A DNA stretch of 64,000 nt from Myxococcota bacterium. GTDB lineage: Bacteria; Myxococcota_A; UBA9042; PHBI01; JAWLBL01. The stretch spans positions 247,660 through 311,659 of the forward strand of contig JAWLBL010000003.1 of NCBI GenBank assembly GCA_041687695.1, in the 5' to 3' direction. The translations under genes were made by a program, and so were the position numbers. Below, in pieces: positions 1-9,900 of this stretch. The notes beneath the pieces are model-generated. The model made no database searches and was not told where the DNA came from. It saw only the letters and a list, made by a program, of their open reading frames with translations. Every line of letters begins with the position of its first letter. The first letter of the stretch is position 1.

Positions 1-1
1 C

Positions 2-247
<246 letters not shown>

Positions 248-266
248 GACAAGGTAGAGGCACGAC

Positions 267-893
267 ATGGCCAGGTATATCGGACCCGTGTGCCGCATTT
301 GCCGGCGCGAGGGGCTCAAGCTCTTCCTCAAGGGCGACCGTTGCTACACCGAGAAGTGCGCCATCGAGCGTCGCGCCTACCCCCCGGGGCAGCACGGCCA
401 GGCGCACCGCAAGCTGAGCGACTACGGCTCGCAGCTGCGCGAGAAGCAGAAGGTCCGTCGTATGTACGGCCTGCTCGAGCAGCAGTTCCGCAGCTACTAC
501 CAGCTCGCCGACCGCAAGAAGGGCGTCACGGGTGAGAACCTGCTGCGCCTTCTCGAGATGCGGCTCGACAACGTCGTGTTCCGGCTCGGCTTCGCGGTCA
601 ACCGCGCCGAGGCGCGTCAGATCGTTCGCCACAACCTGGTGACGCTGAACGGCCGCAAGGCGAACGTGCCGTCGATCCAGGTGCGCAAGGGCGACGTCAT
701 CGAGGTCAAGCCGAAGGCTCAGAAGCACGTGCGCGTGGCCACCGCGGTCGACAACGTCGATCGTCGCGGCATCCCGCAGTGGCTCGAGCTCGATCGCAAG
801 GCCTTCAAGGGCACCGTCCGCGACGTGCCGGCGCGTGAGGACGTCACGATGCCGATCGAAGAGCACCTCATCGTCGAGCTCTACAGCAAGTAG
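267..893 (+). CDS. rpsD: 30S ribosomal protein S4 (Cys-containing form)
   Basis: [21 protein letters not shown]...[33 protein letters not shown]; alpha-operon position. Confidence 0.99.
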   Translation: MARYIGPVCRICRREGLKLFLKGDRCYTEKCAIERRAYPPGQHGQAHRKLSDYGSQLREKQKVRRMYGLLEQQFRSYYQLADRKKGVTGENLLRLLEMRLDNVVFRLGFAVNRAEARQIVRHNLVTLNGRKANVPSIQVRKGDVIEVKPKAQKHVRVATAVDNVDRRGIPQWLELDRKAFKGTVRDVPAREDVTMPIEEHLIVELYSK

Positions 894-1046
894 CCCGAGC
901 GCGGCGCCCCGGGTTGGGGCGCGGCCTGGCGGGGCCTTCCGAAGAGGCGCTCGCCATTCCTTCCACGCGCAGCGAGAAGCGCTTCTCGAGCCCATGCCTC
1001 GGCGTGGGCTCGGTCGCGCGTGGGTCGCTGACGAGAGAGGACCGAC

Positions 1047-2045
1047 ATGTATCGTAACTGGCGACAGCTCATCCGGCCGAAGGGCATCGACGTCGATCAC
1101 GCCACGCTCAACGAGAAGTACGGCGAGTTCACGGCGGAGCCGCTCGAGCGCGGTTTCGGGATCACCATCGGCAACTCGCTGCGGCGCATTCTGCTCAGCT
1201 CGCTGCGCGGCGCCGCCTTCGTCGGCGCGCGCATCGAGGGCGCGGCGCACGAGTTCACGAGCATCCCGGGCGTCGTCGAGGACATCGCCGACATCGTCCT
1301 CAACCTCAAGGAGGTGCAGCTGCGCCTCAACGCTGAGGGGCCGCGGACGATCCGCTTCGAGCGCAGCGAGCCGGGGCTGGTGCGTGCGGGTGACCTCAAG
1401 CTCGACAGCGCCATCGACATCCTCAACCCCGATCACCCGATCGCCACGATCGCCGAGGACGGCAAGCTCGTGATGGAGCTCGTCATCGACGAGGGCAAGG
1501 GCTACGTCGCGGCCGAACAGAACCGGAAGGAAGAGTGGCCGGTGGGCACCATCGCCCTGGACGCCATCTTCTCGCCGATCCGCAAGGTCAACTACCGCGT
1601 GACCAACGCGCGTGTCGGCCAGCGGACCGACTATGACAAGCTGACCCTCGAGGTCTGGACCAACGGCGCCGTGCTCCCCGAGGACGCGGTGGCGCTGGCG
1701 GCGAAGATCCTCAAAGAGCAGCTGCAGATCTTCATCAACTTCGACGAGGAGATCGAGCCCGTCGAGGAAGAGGCGCGGCTCGAGGTTCCGGTCAACGAGA
1801 ACCTCTACCGCACCGTGGACGAGCTCGAGCTGAGTGTGCGCTCGGCCAACTGTCTCCAGAACGCCAACATCCGTTTCATTGGCGAGCTGGTGCAGAAGAC
1901 CGAGGCCGAGATGCTCAAGACGAAGAACTTCGGCCGGAAGTCCCTCAAGGAGATCAAGGAGATCCTCGCCGAGATGGGACTGAGCCTGGGGATGAAGGTC
2001 GACGGCTTCGATCCGTCGAAGCAGTCCGCACCGGCCAATCAGTAG
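1047..2045 (+). CDS. rpoA: RNA polymerase alpha subunit
   Basis: [57 protein letters not shown]. Confidence 0.99.
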   Translation: MYRNWRQLIRPKGIDVDHATLNEKYGEFTAEPLERGFGITIGNSLRRILLSSLRGAAFVGARIEGAAHEFTSIPGVVEDIADIVLNLKEVQLRLNAEGPRTIRFERSEPGLVRAGDLKLDSAIDILNPDHPIATIAEDGKLVMELVIDEGKGYVAAEQNRKEEWPVGTIALDAIFSPIRKVNYRVTNARVGQRTDYDKLTLEVWTNGAVLPEDAVALAAKILKEQLQIFINFDEEIEPVEEEARLEVPVNENLYRTVDELELSVRSANCLQNANIRFIGELVQKTEAEMLKTKNFGRKSLKEIKEILAEMGLSLGMKVDGFDPSKQSAPANQ

Positions 2046-2125
2046 ATTCAACGATGTGATGGGGACGGATCGGGTCCGCCCTGGATGCGGGTCCGGTCTC
2101 GTTCGACCGGCGAGGAGTAGTCGTC

Positions 2126-2590
2126 ATGCGCCATCGTAAGCAGGGCCGGAAGCTCGGCCGTACCACGAGTCACCGAGAGGCGATGTTCCGGAACATGGTG
2201 ACCTCGCTCTTCGAGCACGGTCGCCTCCGGACCACGGAGCCTAAGGCGAAGGAGCTCCGCAGCCTCGCCGACAAGCTGATCACGCTTGGCAAGAAGGACA
2301 CGCTGCACGCGCGGCGCCTGGCGGCCCGTACGATCCGCAGCCAGGAGGTCCTGGCCAAGCTCTTCAGCGAGATCGCGCCGGGGTTCGCTGAGCGCTTCGG
2401 CGGCTACACGCGCATCCTGAAGCTGGGCAATCGCCTGGGCGACAACGCTTCGATGGCCATCATCGAGCTCATGCCGGCCGGCGCGCCCGAGCCGAAGGCG
2501 GGTCGTGCGCCGCGCGCTGTGGCGCCCAGCCTGAAGCCGACGGCGCAGATCCCGGAGACGAAGGAGCGGTTTGAGGGCGAGGGCGAGTAG
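2126..2590 (+). CDS. rplQ: 50S ribosomal protein L17 with C-terminal extension
   Basis: [40 protein letters not shown]; follows rpoA. Confidence 0.99.
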   Translation: MRHRKQGRKLGRTTSHREAMFRNMVTSLFEHGRLRTTEPKAKELRSLADKLITLGKKDTLHARRLAARTIRSQEVLAKLFSEIAPGFAERFGGYTRILKLGNRLGDNASMAIIELMPAGAPEPKAGRAPRAVAPSLKPTAQIPETKERFEGEGE

Positions 2591-2593
2591 CCC

Positions 2594-2622
2594 TTGACAG
2601 GCTCTCGGGCCGCCGCTAAGGT
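2594..2622 (+). promoter_or_regulatory. sigma70-type promoter for tRNA cluster
   Basis: TTGACA (2594-2599), 17 bp spacer, TAAGGT (2617-2622), about 55 bp upstream of tRNA-Gln. Confidence 0.7.
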
Positions 2623-2678
2623 TCGCATCCGCTTCGCCCGGCCGAGGGCGAAGAAGCCGTGACAAGTCAGATCGCTGC

Positions 2679-2752
2679 TCGGGGATCGTCTAATGGCAGG
2701 ACAACGGATTCTGATTCCGTTTATCTAGGTTCGAATCCTAGTCCCCGAACCA
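2679..2752 (+). tRNA. tRNA-Gln (CTG)
   Basis: Acceptor stem TCGGGGA/TCCCCGA, anticodon arm ACGGA-TTCTGAT-TCCGT, T-loop GGTTCGAATCC, encoded CCA; U1-A72 pair. Confidence 0.97.
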
Positions 2753-2787
2753 GCCGGTGGCCGGCATGCCTTGCCGGTCACCACTCC

Positions 2788-2863
2788 GGGGCGTTCGTCT
2801 AGTGGCCTAGGACGCCGGCCTCTCACGTCGGTAACACGGGTTCGACTCCCGTACGCCCTACCA
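2788..2863 (+). tRNA. tRNA-Glu (CTC), copy 1
   Basis: GGGGCGT/ACGCCCT acceptor, anticodon arm CCGGC-CTCTCAC-GTCGG, GGTTCGACTCC, CCA end. Confidence 0.97.
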
Positions 2864-2963
2864 AACACCCCCAAGCCAGCTGGCCATGGCTTGGGGATCC
2901 CTTCACCAGGTCATCAGCCCATGACCTGGGGAATCGCCCACCGGATGGTGGGTCCCGCTCTGC

Positions 2964-3039
2964 GGGGCGTTCGTCTAGTGGCCTAGGACGCCGGCCTCTC
3001 ACGTCGGTAACACGGGTTCGACTCCCGTACGCCCTACCA
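2964..3039 (+). tRNA. tRNA-Glu (CTC), copy 2, identical to copy 1
   Basis: Same 76-nt sequence as 2788-2863. Confidence 0.97.
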
Positions 3040-3042
3040 GAA

Positions 3043-3348
3043 CACCAACGAGCCCGGGTCGCGAGATCCGGGCTCGTTGCGTTTCGAAGGCTGGGGTGAG
3101 CGCGTCGTCACCAACAGCCCGGGTCGCGAGATCCGGACTCGTTGCGTTTCCAGGGCTGGGATGAGCGCGTCGTCACCAACAGCCCGGGTCGTGAGATCCG
3201 GACTCGTTGCGTTTCGAAGGCTGGGATGAGCGCGTCGTCACCAACACCCGGGTCGTGAGATCCGGGCTCGTTGCGTTTCGAGGCGCGGTAAGAGGGCGTC
3301 GTCATCGACAGCCCGGGTCGTGAGATCCGGGCTCGTTGCGTTTCGAAG
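3043..3348 (+). repeat. Five tandem 64-66 bp hairpin repeats
   Basis: Units start at 3043, 3109, 3174, 3239, 3303; core CCCGGGTCG(C/T)GAGATCCGG(G/A)CTCGTTGCGTTTC. Confidence 0.95.
3046..3084 (+). terminator. Probable intrinsic terminator of tRNA cluster (first unit of 65-bp repeat)
   Basis: 15-bp stem CAACGAGCCCGGGTC / GATCCGGGCTCGTTG (one G-U), GCGA loop, then CGTTT; short U tract. Confidence 0.55.
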
Positions 3349-3715
3349 CCTTGTACAGGGCTTGCGGATGGGTGGGTTGAGCCGGGGCGTCACACGGCCG
3401 TCGTAGCGCGGCGCCGATGGGTTCGTTGCGCACTTCTTCGCGTGCGCTGTGGGGGGATGGGCCGTCAGCATGAAGCCTGGATCCGGCCCTGTCTCGGAGA
3501 GGGGCGGGAGCCTCCCGGTCGGAGTCGCGTGGCCTTCGGGTGCGAGAGCGGCCGACGTCCGCCGTCGTCGGGGGTGCGGGTGCGGTTCGGCGATCCAGGC
3601 GCTCGTGCCGGTCGGGGCCCGGCGCACTGGTGGCCGCAACGCGTATCGGCGGCCCCGGCGGCGTTCGTGGGAAATCGGGGGCCGCGAGGGCCGCGGCTGC
3701 GTTGCGTCGACGGGG

Positions 3716-4420
3716 TCGCGCGAGGCCGCGAGCGGATCTGCGGGGGGCTGGGGGCGAGTGAGTGGGGGCGGGCGTCGGCTTTGCGGGAGGCGGCCCATGG
3801 TCGCGAGGCCCGTGGGCTGCGTTTGGGGGCTCCACTGCGATCGGTTCTGTGGGGGCCGGGCGGTGGGCGCCGTTGGGCCGTGTGGCTGTTGGGGAAGCGT
3901 CCCATGGTCGCGAGGCCCGACAGCAGCGTCCGGGTCGACGATCTCGCGCGAGGCCGCGAGCGGATCTGTGGGGGGCTGGGGGCGAGTGAGTGGGGGCGGG
4001 CGTCGGCTTTGCGGGAGGCGGCCCATGGTCGCGAGGCCCGTGGGCTGCGTCTGGAGTCTCCACTGGGATGGGTGCTGTGGGGGCCGGGCGGTGAGCGCCG
4101 TTCGGTCGTGTGGGTGTGGGGGAGCGTCCCATGGTCGCGAGGCCCGACAGCAGCGTCCGGGTCGACGATCTCGCGCGAGGCCGCGAGCGGATCTGTGGGG
4201 GTCTGGGGGCGAGTGAGTGGGGGCGGGAGTCGGCTTTGCGGGTAGGGGCCCATGGTCGCGGAGCCCGAGGGCTGCGTCTGGGGTCTTCACTGGGATAGGT
4301 TCTGTGGGGGCCGGGCCGTGAGCGCCGTTGGGCCGTGTGGCTTTGGGGGAAGCGTCCCATGGTCGCGAGGCCCGACAGCTGCGTCCGGGTCGATGATCTC
4401 GCGCGAGGTTGCGAGCGGTT
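3716..4420 (+). repeat. 227-228 bp tandem repeat, 3 units plus start of a fourth
   Basis: TCGCGCGAGG(CC/TT)GCGAGCGG recurs at 3716, 3944, 4171, 4399; each unit carries two CCCATGGTCGCG-AGGCCC-like sub-motifs and a G-tract block. Confidence 0.95.
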
Positions 4421-4850
4421 CAGAAAGTGCTGGGCCGAGGGTGGGCGGCGCGGCCGCACTCACGGGCGAGGATCGTCCGAGGAGCGCGCGGCCCGAGGGC
4501 GATTGGAGACCTCCCGCGCGGCCTGATCGTTGGGGCCGTGGTTCGCTGTGGAGGCGGTTGGGGGGCTCGTCGGTGCCCTGCACGGCGACTGTAGCGGTGA
4601 GCGCGCTGCTGAGGTCGGCGACGCGAGCCTGGTCTTCGGGGGACGGGCGTTCTGAGGCGCCTGGGAGGTGATCGTAGGCGGCCGGCGGCGACCCGGGCGC
4701 CTGACCCGGCCTTGGCCGCTGCCGCAGCCTGCGGGCCCATCGCGCGGTGGCGGCCGGGCGGCGCGGAGTGGGCGAGCTTCTGCCCCATGGCCGGCCGGCG
4801 AGGGTGTCGGACGACTGCGGACGCCTTCGTGGGGGAGCCGCGGACGTGGG

Positions 4851-7800
4851 TCACGTCACCGTGAGCTCGCGCTCGATGACGATGTTGTATGCGCGGAGCT
4901 TGTTGTAGAGCGTGCGCCGGTCGATGCCCAGCTGCTCGGCGGCGCGCTTTTTGTTCCCGCGGGTGTCCTCGAGGGCCTGGATGATGGCGTCGCGTTCGAT
5001 GTCGGCCAGGGTGCGGCCCGAGAGCGAGGTTGAGCTGGGCCCGCGCTGGGGAGCTCCGACGATGTCGGGGAAGGAGTGGAAGTCGGCCGGCTGGAGCGCG
5101 TCGCCTTCGGCGAAGAGGCTGGCGTTCTTGAGGACCATCTCGAGCTGCCGGATGTTGCCCGGCCAGTGATAGCCCTGGAGGAGGGCCATGGCCGTCGGCG
5201 TGACTCCGGACACGCGCGACAGGCCCGAGGCCTGGTTGAGCTGGAGGAAGTGTTGGACGAGCTCCGGGATGTCGTCGCGGCGGTCGCGTAGCGGCGGCAG
5301 CTGGATGGGCACGACGCTGAGGCGATAGTACAGGTCCTCTCGGAAGCGCCCGTGGGCGACCTCCTCCTCGAGCCTGCGGTTGGTCGCGGCGACGATGCGC
5401 ACGTCGACCCGAATGTCGGCCGTGGCGCCGACCTTCTTGATCTCGCCGTTCTGCAAGACGCGGAGCAGCTTGACCTGCATCTCGAGGGGCAGCTCGCCGA
5501 GCTCGTCGAGCAGCAGGGTGCCGCCGTGCGCCGCCTCGAACAGGCCCTTCTTGTCCGACGTGGCCCCCGTGAAGGCTCCGCGCACGTGACCGAACAGCTC
5601 GGTCTCGAGGAGGTTGGCGGGGATGGCGCCGCAGTTGACGGCGACGAAGGGACGATCCCGCCGAGCGCCGTTGAAGTGGATGGCCCGGGCGACGAGCTCC
5701 TTGCCGGTGCCGGACTCGCCCTCGATGAGCACGGGGATGTTGTTGTCGAGCAGGCGGTCCATCACGGCGAAGACCGAGCGCAGGCTGCGGGAGCTGCCGA
5801 TGATGCTGCCGTAGGTGTGGCGCGCCTCGAGCTGACGCTGCTGGCGGACGACGACCTTGTGCGTGTCTTCGAGCTCGCGCGTGCGGGCCTCGAGTTGGCT
5901 GGCGAGCTTGCGGTTGAGGGCCTCGACCTCGCGTTGCGACTGCTCGAGGGCTCTTTGGGATTGCTCCTTCACCTCGATGAGCTGGGCGTTGCTGACGGCG
6001 ATGCCCGCCTGGTCGGCGAAGGCCTCCATGAAGCGGGTGTCCTGGTCGCCGAAGGCCGCCGCGCGGAAGCGGTTGTCCAGGTAGATGGCGCCGATGACCC
6101 GTCCGCGGACGCGCATGGGCAGGCACAGGACCGACCGGAGGCGCAGATCGTGGACCGACAGGTGCTCGCGGTAGCGGGCGTCCTCCATCGCGTCGACGGT
6201 GAGCACGGGATCGCCGGTCTCGATGACGCGCTTGGCGATGGAGTGGCTGATCTTGAAGCGCGTGTTGCGCAGGTTCTCGCGATCGATGTTGCGGGCGACG
6301 TGGACGTCGAGGTCGCCGTCGGTGTCCGTGTCGGAGGCGAGGAGCAGGAAGCCGCGCTCGGCGCCGGTCAGCAGGATCGCCGAGTCCATGATGTACTCGA
6401 GCAGTCGCCGCACGTCGTATTCGGTGTTGAGGCGCTTGTTGATCTCGAGCAACCGCTCCCAGCGCCCGTCGACCGCGGCCGGCACCGCGGCCTCGGACGC
6501 CGGGCGCGTGAGCGTCGACAGGATCCGCCAGGCGTTGCGACGCTCGCGCAGCTGCCGGAAGGCGGAGCGGTGCTTGGCGGGGACGGCGTCCTCGAGCTGC
6601 TGCAGCAGTCGGCGCGCCTCGGCCGCGCGCGCCGCCGACGCCGCTTCGTCCCCGAGGGCCGCCGCAAGGAGCGCGGCCTCGACGAGCACCGGCCAGCGGC
6701 CGTCGGGGTTGGTCACGGCGTCGAGGTCGGCCAGCGCGGCCTCCATCTGCTGGCGGGCGTGCTCCACGTCGCCATGCACGCTGCGATGGGCGGCCGCGGC
6801 CACGAGCGCCCGGGCCTGCACGGCCAGACCCCGGCTCTCGATGCGCTCGGCCAACGCCAAGGCTTCGTCGGCGGCTGCCTTCGCCGCGCCGTGGTCCTGC
6901 CGCTCGAGACGCAGGCGGGCCAGGTTGAGGCGCGCTTCGATCTCCTCGGTCGCGCTTTGGCTGCCCGTGGCCGCTGCGATGGCCTGGTCGAGCAGCTCCT
7001 CGGCGAGCGGCCACCTCTCCTCGGCGAGCGCGATCTCGCCGAGGAGGGTCAGCAGGATGGCTTCCATGTGTCGGTTGGCCTCGGCGCGCGCCAACGTCAG
7101 GCCTCTGGTGAGGACCTCTCTTGCGGCCGTCAGCTCGCCCAGAAAGCGCCAGAGGTTGCCCAGGTTGCCGGCCAGCTGGATGACACGGCCGGTCTGACCC
7201 AGGCCTTCGGCCAGCGCGAGCGCCTCGCGATAGGTGTCGAGGGCCTCGGGCCACACGCCCCGCTCGTGGTGGACGACGCCCAGGTTCTGTAACGCCGTCA
7301 GCACCCGGGCGTCGTCACCGGCGCGCTCACCGAGGCGGAGGGCGGCCTCGTAGTGCGCCACGGCGGCGTCCAGCTGCCCGCGCCGGTGCGCGACGAGCCC
7401 CAGGGCCGTCACGACGGCGGCCTCCTCGACGCCATCTTCGGCGCGGCGGATGTCGACGAGCGCCGCCTCGAGGCGGGTCTGCGCGGCGTCGAGTTCACCT
7501 CGGAACCAAGCGGCGAGTCCCATCGTGTAACCCAAGCGGCCCCGCAGCGCGGGGTCGTGCGTCAGCGCCATCGCCTCGTTCGCACAACGGTGCGCCTCGT
7601 CCAGATCTCCCGACAGGACGGCGCTCCGGGCGATGCCGGCGCCGATCTCGGCGGCGTCGCCCGGGCCGAGCTCGCCCGCCCCGCGCAGCTCGGCCGCGCG
7701 GAACGCCTCGATCGCCGCGGCGTGGCGGGACTGGCGGGCCAGCAGGGCGCCGCGTCGCGTGAGGACGCGGGACGCGACGACGGGATCGTCCGCGCCGGAC

Positions 7801-9824
7801 AGGGCGCGCTCGAGCAGGGCCTCGGCGAGGTCGAAGCGGCCCCGGTCGGCGGCGACCTGCGCTCCGGCCATCGCGGCCTCGGGGCCAGGCCCGCCTCGCG
7901 CGACCAGCGCTTCGAGCAGCGGCAGCCTCTGCTCGGCGGTCAGGCCGGCGAGGGCGGCCTCGGCGCGCTCCGGGGCGCCCGGGTCGCCGGCCTCGAGCGC
8001 GTGCCAGAGGGCCTCGGGAGCGTCGGGGCCCGCCGCCCTGCGCCACCGAGCGGCCAGCTCGCGGTGGGCCCGCGTGGGATCGAGCGCCTCGCGGGCGATC
8101 GCTGCGATCGCCGTCGACGCGGTGGTGACCCGGGGGGACTCGAGGACGTCGGGCAGGGCGACCGCGAGGCCGGCCTCGATGAGCGCGTCCGTCATCCCGC
8201 CCAGCAGCGCCGCAGGCAGCGGCCGGCGGGTCCAGGCCAGCAGGCTCAGCTCGCGTCGGAGCTCGGGGGGCGTGGCCGCGAGCCTCGCGCGGGCGCGGTC
8301 GTCGAGCGAGGGCAGGGCGGCCTCGACGGGGCCGGTGAGGCGGACGGCGGCCGCGTCGACCTCGAGCACGCCCTGGCGCGACAGGTGGGTCAGCAGCTCC
8401 GTCAGCGCGCCCGGGTTGCCCCGCGCCGCCTCGGCGAGCGGCGCCGACACGCGGCCGCCGACGCGGCGGCCAGGGAAGAGGGCCTGCAGCAGCAGCTCGA
8501 CGTCCTCGGCCCGCCACGGCGGCAGGCCACCCGACGGGTCACGGGTCGCGGCCACGAGCAGCAGCCGGGCCTGACGATCGGGGACCGCGGCGGTCGCGCG
8601 GTCCAGGGCCTCGAGCGCCTGCCTGCTGAGGGCGTCGGCCAGGTGCAGGTCGTCGACGAGCAACACCGGCCGCACGCGCGCCGCACGCGCGGCGCTGGCC
8701 ACGGCCTGGGCCATCGCGACCGGGCGGGGCGGGCCCTCGGCGGCCGGGTAGGGCTTGGCGCCCAGACGACCCAGGAGCCGCTGGATGAGGCCGCCCGGCG
8801 CGTCGCCGGGGACGGGCGCGACCTCGACCGGACGCAGGCCACGGGCGGCGAGTCGGCTGCCGAGCTCGGCCAACAGGCGGGACTTGCCCGAGCCGTCGCC
8901 GCCGCGGACCAGCTCGACCAGGCCGCGGCCCAGGCGATCGGCCTCGGCGACGCGCGCCGAGAGGTCCGCGAGGACCCGGCCGACATCGACGAAGGTGGGC
9001 TGGGCCAGGCGCGCGGCCAGGTCGCTCGGCGGCACCAGCGGGGCGGGGATCCCCGAGAGGGCCTCGAGCTGCACCAGGGCGGCGGCCGCGCTCGGGGGGC
9101 GCTCCTCCGGGCGGACGTCGAGCAGGCGATCGAGCAGCGGGTCGAGCGGGTGCGGCGGTCGGTGGGCGCGGTCGGGTCGGGCGTCGGCCGACAGGGGCTG
9201 CTGGGGGTAGCCTGGGAAGGGGTGGCGGCCGTGGGCGAGCCGAAAGAGGAGCGCGCCCGTGGCCCACAGGTCGCTCGCCGGAGAGAGGGGGCCGCCCTCG
9301 AGGCGCTCGGGGGCGACGAAGGCGAGGACGCCGGAGGTGGCGCCCGCGCGGCTGCCGGCCGGGCCCGACGCGCCGAGGTCGACGAGCACGAACTCGGAGG
9401 CGGGTGGGGCGGCGCGCAGGACGTTGGCGGGCGCGACGTCGCCGTGGACGAACCCGAGGCGGTGCAGGTGATCGAGGGCGCGGAGCAGGGCGGCGCCGAC
9501 CGCGACGGGGTCGGCGTCGGGGGCGTCTTGCAGCGACGGGCCGTCGCAGGCCGACAGCAGCGCGTAGCGGCGGCCGGCCTCGTCGGTGCCGAGGCGGTGC
9601 GCGCGGACGAAGCCCGGGTGCGACAGCCGGGCGAGCAGCTCGGCCTCGGCGAGGAAGGCCTGGACGAGGGCATCGCGCTCGAGGATCTTGCACGCGCAAG
9701 GGCCGCGTGGTGGCCCACTCGTTGCAAGGTCTTCCCGAACGAGCACCACACGACCCATGCCACCGCGGCCGAGCTCGCGCTCGACCCGGTAGCGCCCATC
9801 GATGAGCGTGCTTGCTGGCGCCAT
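4851..9824 (-). CDS. Multidomain sigma54 activator: Ser/Thr kinase - STAND-like P-loop NTPase - TPR - GAF - sigma54 AAA+ - Fis HTH
   Basis: LGRGGMGRV, CKIL, HGDVAPAN, DLG, APE; GGDGSGKS and LLVDDLH; TPR-like repeats (NLGVVHHERG, NLGNLWRFLG); GAF (SVLCLPM, GAIYLDN); GESGTGKE, GAFTGA, LLLDELGE, WPGNIRQL; GNKKRAAEQLGIDRRTLYNKL. Confidence 0.93.
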   Translation of the reverse strand: MAPASTLIDGRYRVERELGRGGMGRVVLVREDLATSGPPRGPCACKILERDALVQAFLAEAELLARLSHPGFVRAHRLGTDEAGRRYALLSACDGPSLQDAPDADPVAVGAALLRALDHLHRLGFVHGDVAPANVLRAAPPASEFVLVDLGASGPAGSRAGATSGVLAFVAPERLEGGPLSPASDLWATGALLFRLAHGRHPFPGYPQQPLSADARPDRAHRPPHPLDPLLDRLLDVRPEERPPSAAAALVQLEALSGIPAPLVPPSDLAARLAQPTFVDVGRVLADLSARVAEADRLGRGLVELVRGGDGSGKSRLLAELGSRLAARGLRPVEVAPVPGDAPGGLIQRLLGRLGAKPYPAAEGPPRPVAMAQAVASAARAARVRPVLLVDDLHLADALSRQALEALDRATAAVPDRQARLLLVAATRDPSGGLPPWRAEDVELLLQALFPGRRVGGRVSAPLAEAARGNPGALTELLTHLSRQGVLEVDAAAVRLTGPVEAALPSLDDRARARLAATPPELRRELSLLAWTRRPLPAALLGGMTDALIEAGLAVALPDVLESPRVTTASTAIAAIAREALDPTRAHRELAARWRRAAGPDAPEALWHALEAGDPGAPERAEAALAGLTAEQRLPLLEALVARGGPGPEAAMAGAQVAADRGRFDLAEALLERALSGADDPVVASRVLTRRGALLARQSRHAAAIEAFRAAELRGAGELGPGDAAEIGAGIARSAVLSGDLDEAHRCANEAMALTHDPALRGRLGYTMGLAAWFRGELDAAQTRLEAALVDIRRAEDGVEEAAVVTALGLVAHRRGQLDAAVAHYEAALRLGERAGDDARVLTALQNLGVVHHERGVWPEALDTYREALALAEGLGQTGRVIQLAGNLGNLWRFLGELTAAREVLTRGLTLARAEANRHMEAILLTLLGEIALAEERWPLAEELLDQAIAAATGSQSATEEIEARLNLARLRLERQDHGAAKAAADEALALAERIESRGLAVQARALVAAAAHRSVHGDVEHARQQMEAALADLDAVTNPDGRWPVLVEAALLAAALGDEAASAARAAEARRLLQQLEDAVPAKHRSAFRQLRERRNAWRILSTLTRPASEAAVPAAVDGRWERLLEINKRLNTEYDVRRLLEYIMDSAILLTGAERGFLLLASDTDTDGDLDVHVARNIDRENLRNTRFKISHSIAKRVIETGDPVLTVDAMEDARYREHLSVHDLRLRSVLCLPMRVRGRVIGAIYLDNRFRAAAFGDQDTRFMEAFADQAGIAVSNAQLIEVKEQSQRALEQSQREVEALNRKLASQLEARTRELEDTHKVVVRQQRQLEARHTYGSIIGSSRSLRSVFAVMDRLLDNNIPVLIEGESGTGKELVARAIHFNGARRDRPFVAVNCGAIPANLLETELFGHVRGAFTGATSDKKGLFEAAHGGTLLLDELGELPLEMQVKLLRVLQNGEIKKVGATADIRVDVRIVAATNRRLEEEVAHGRFREDLYYRLSVVPIQLPPLRDRRDDIPELVQHFLQLNQASGLSRVSGVTPTAMALLQGYHWPGNIRQLEMVLKNASLFAEGDALQPADFHSFPDIVGAPQRGPSSTSLSGRTLADIERDAIIQALEDTRGNKKRAAEQLGIDRRTLYNKLRAYNIVIERELTVT

Positions 9825-9900
9825 GTGGCCCCCCTCCCTGCTGTTTCACACAGTGTGGAATATTTGCTCAGTCAGCGCAATGAGGTCTCGCGTGGACGAC

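Noticed and set aside
3043..3348. CRISPR array or integron attC array
   Set aside because: Inter-hairpin segments are near-identical rather than unique spacers; no cassette ORFs or integrase; the hairpin looks like a terminator
3630..3710. Known ncRNA (6S, SRP, RNase P, tmRNA) in the long hairpin CGCAACGC...GCGTTGCG
   Set aside because: No diagnostic motifs recognised; GC-rich hairpins arise easily by chance; an Rfam search would be needed
3108..4671. Track ORFs over the tRNA-downstream repeats (3238..4290, 3302..4459, 3442..4245 and others)
   Set aside because: Open in several frames on both strands, low-complexity R/P/G products that mirror the DNA repeat, no RBS or family motifs
2679..4850. 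Genomic island or prophage integrated at tRNA-Glu
   Set aside because: No integrase, and no duplicated tRNA 3' fragment noticed elsewhere in the window; the second tRNA-Glu is a full-length copy
9854..9862. DnaA box / oriC near dnaB
   Set aside because: Single imperfect match (TATTCCACA on minus strand), no box cluster or unwinding element
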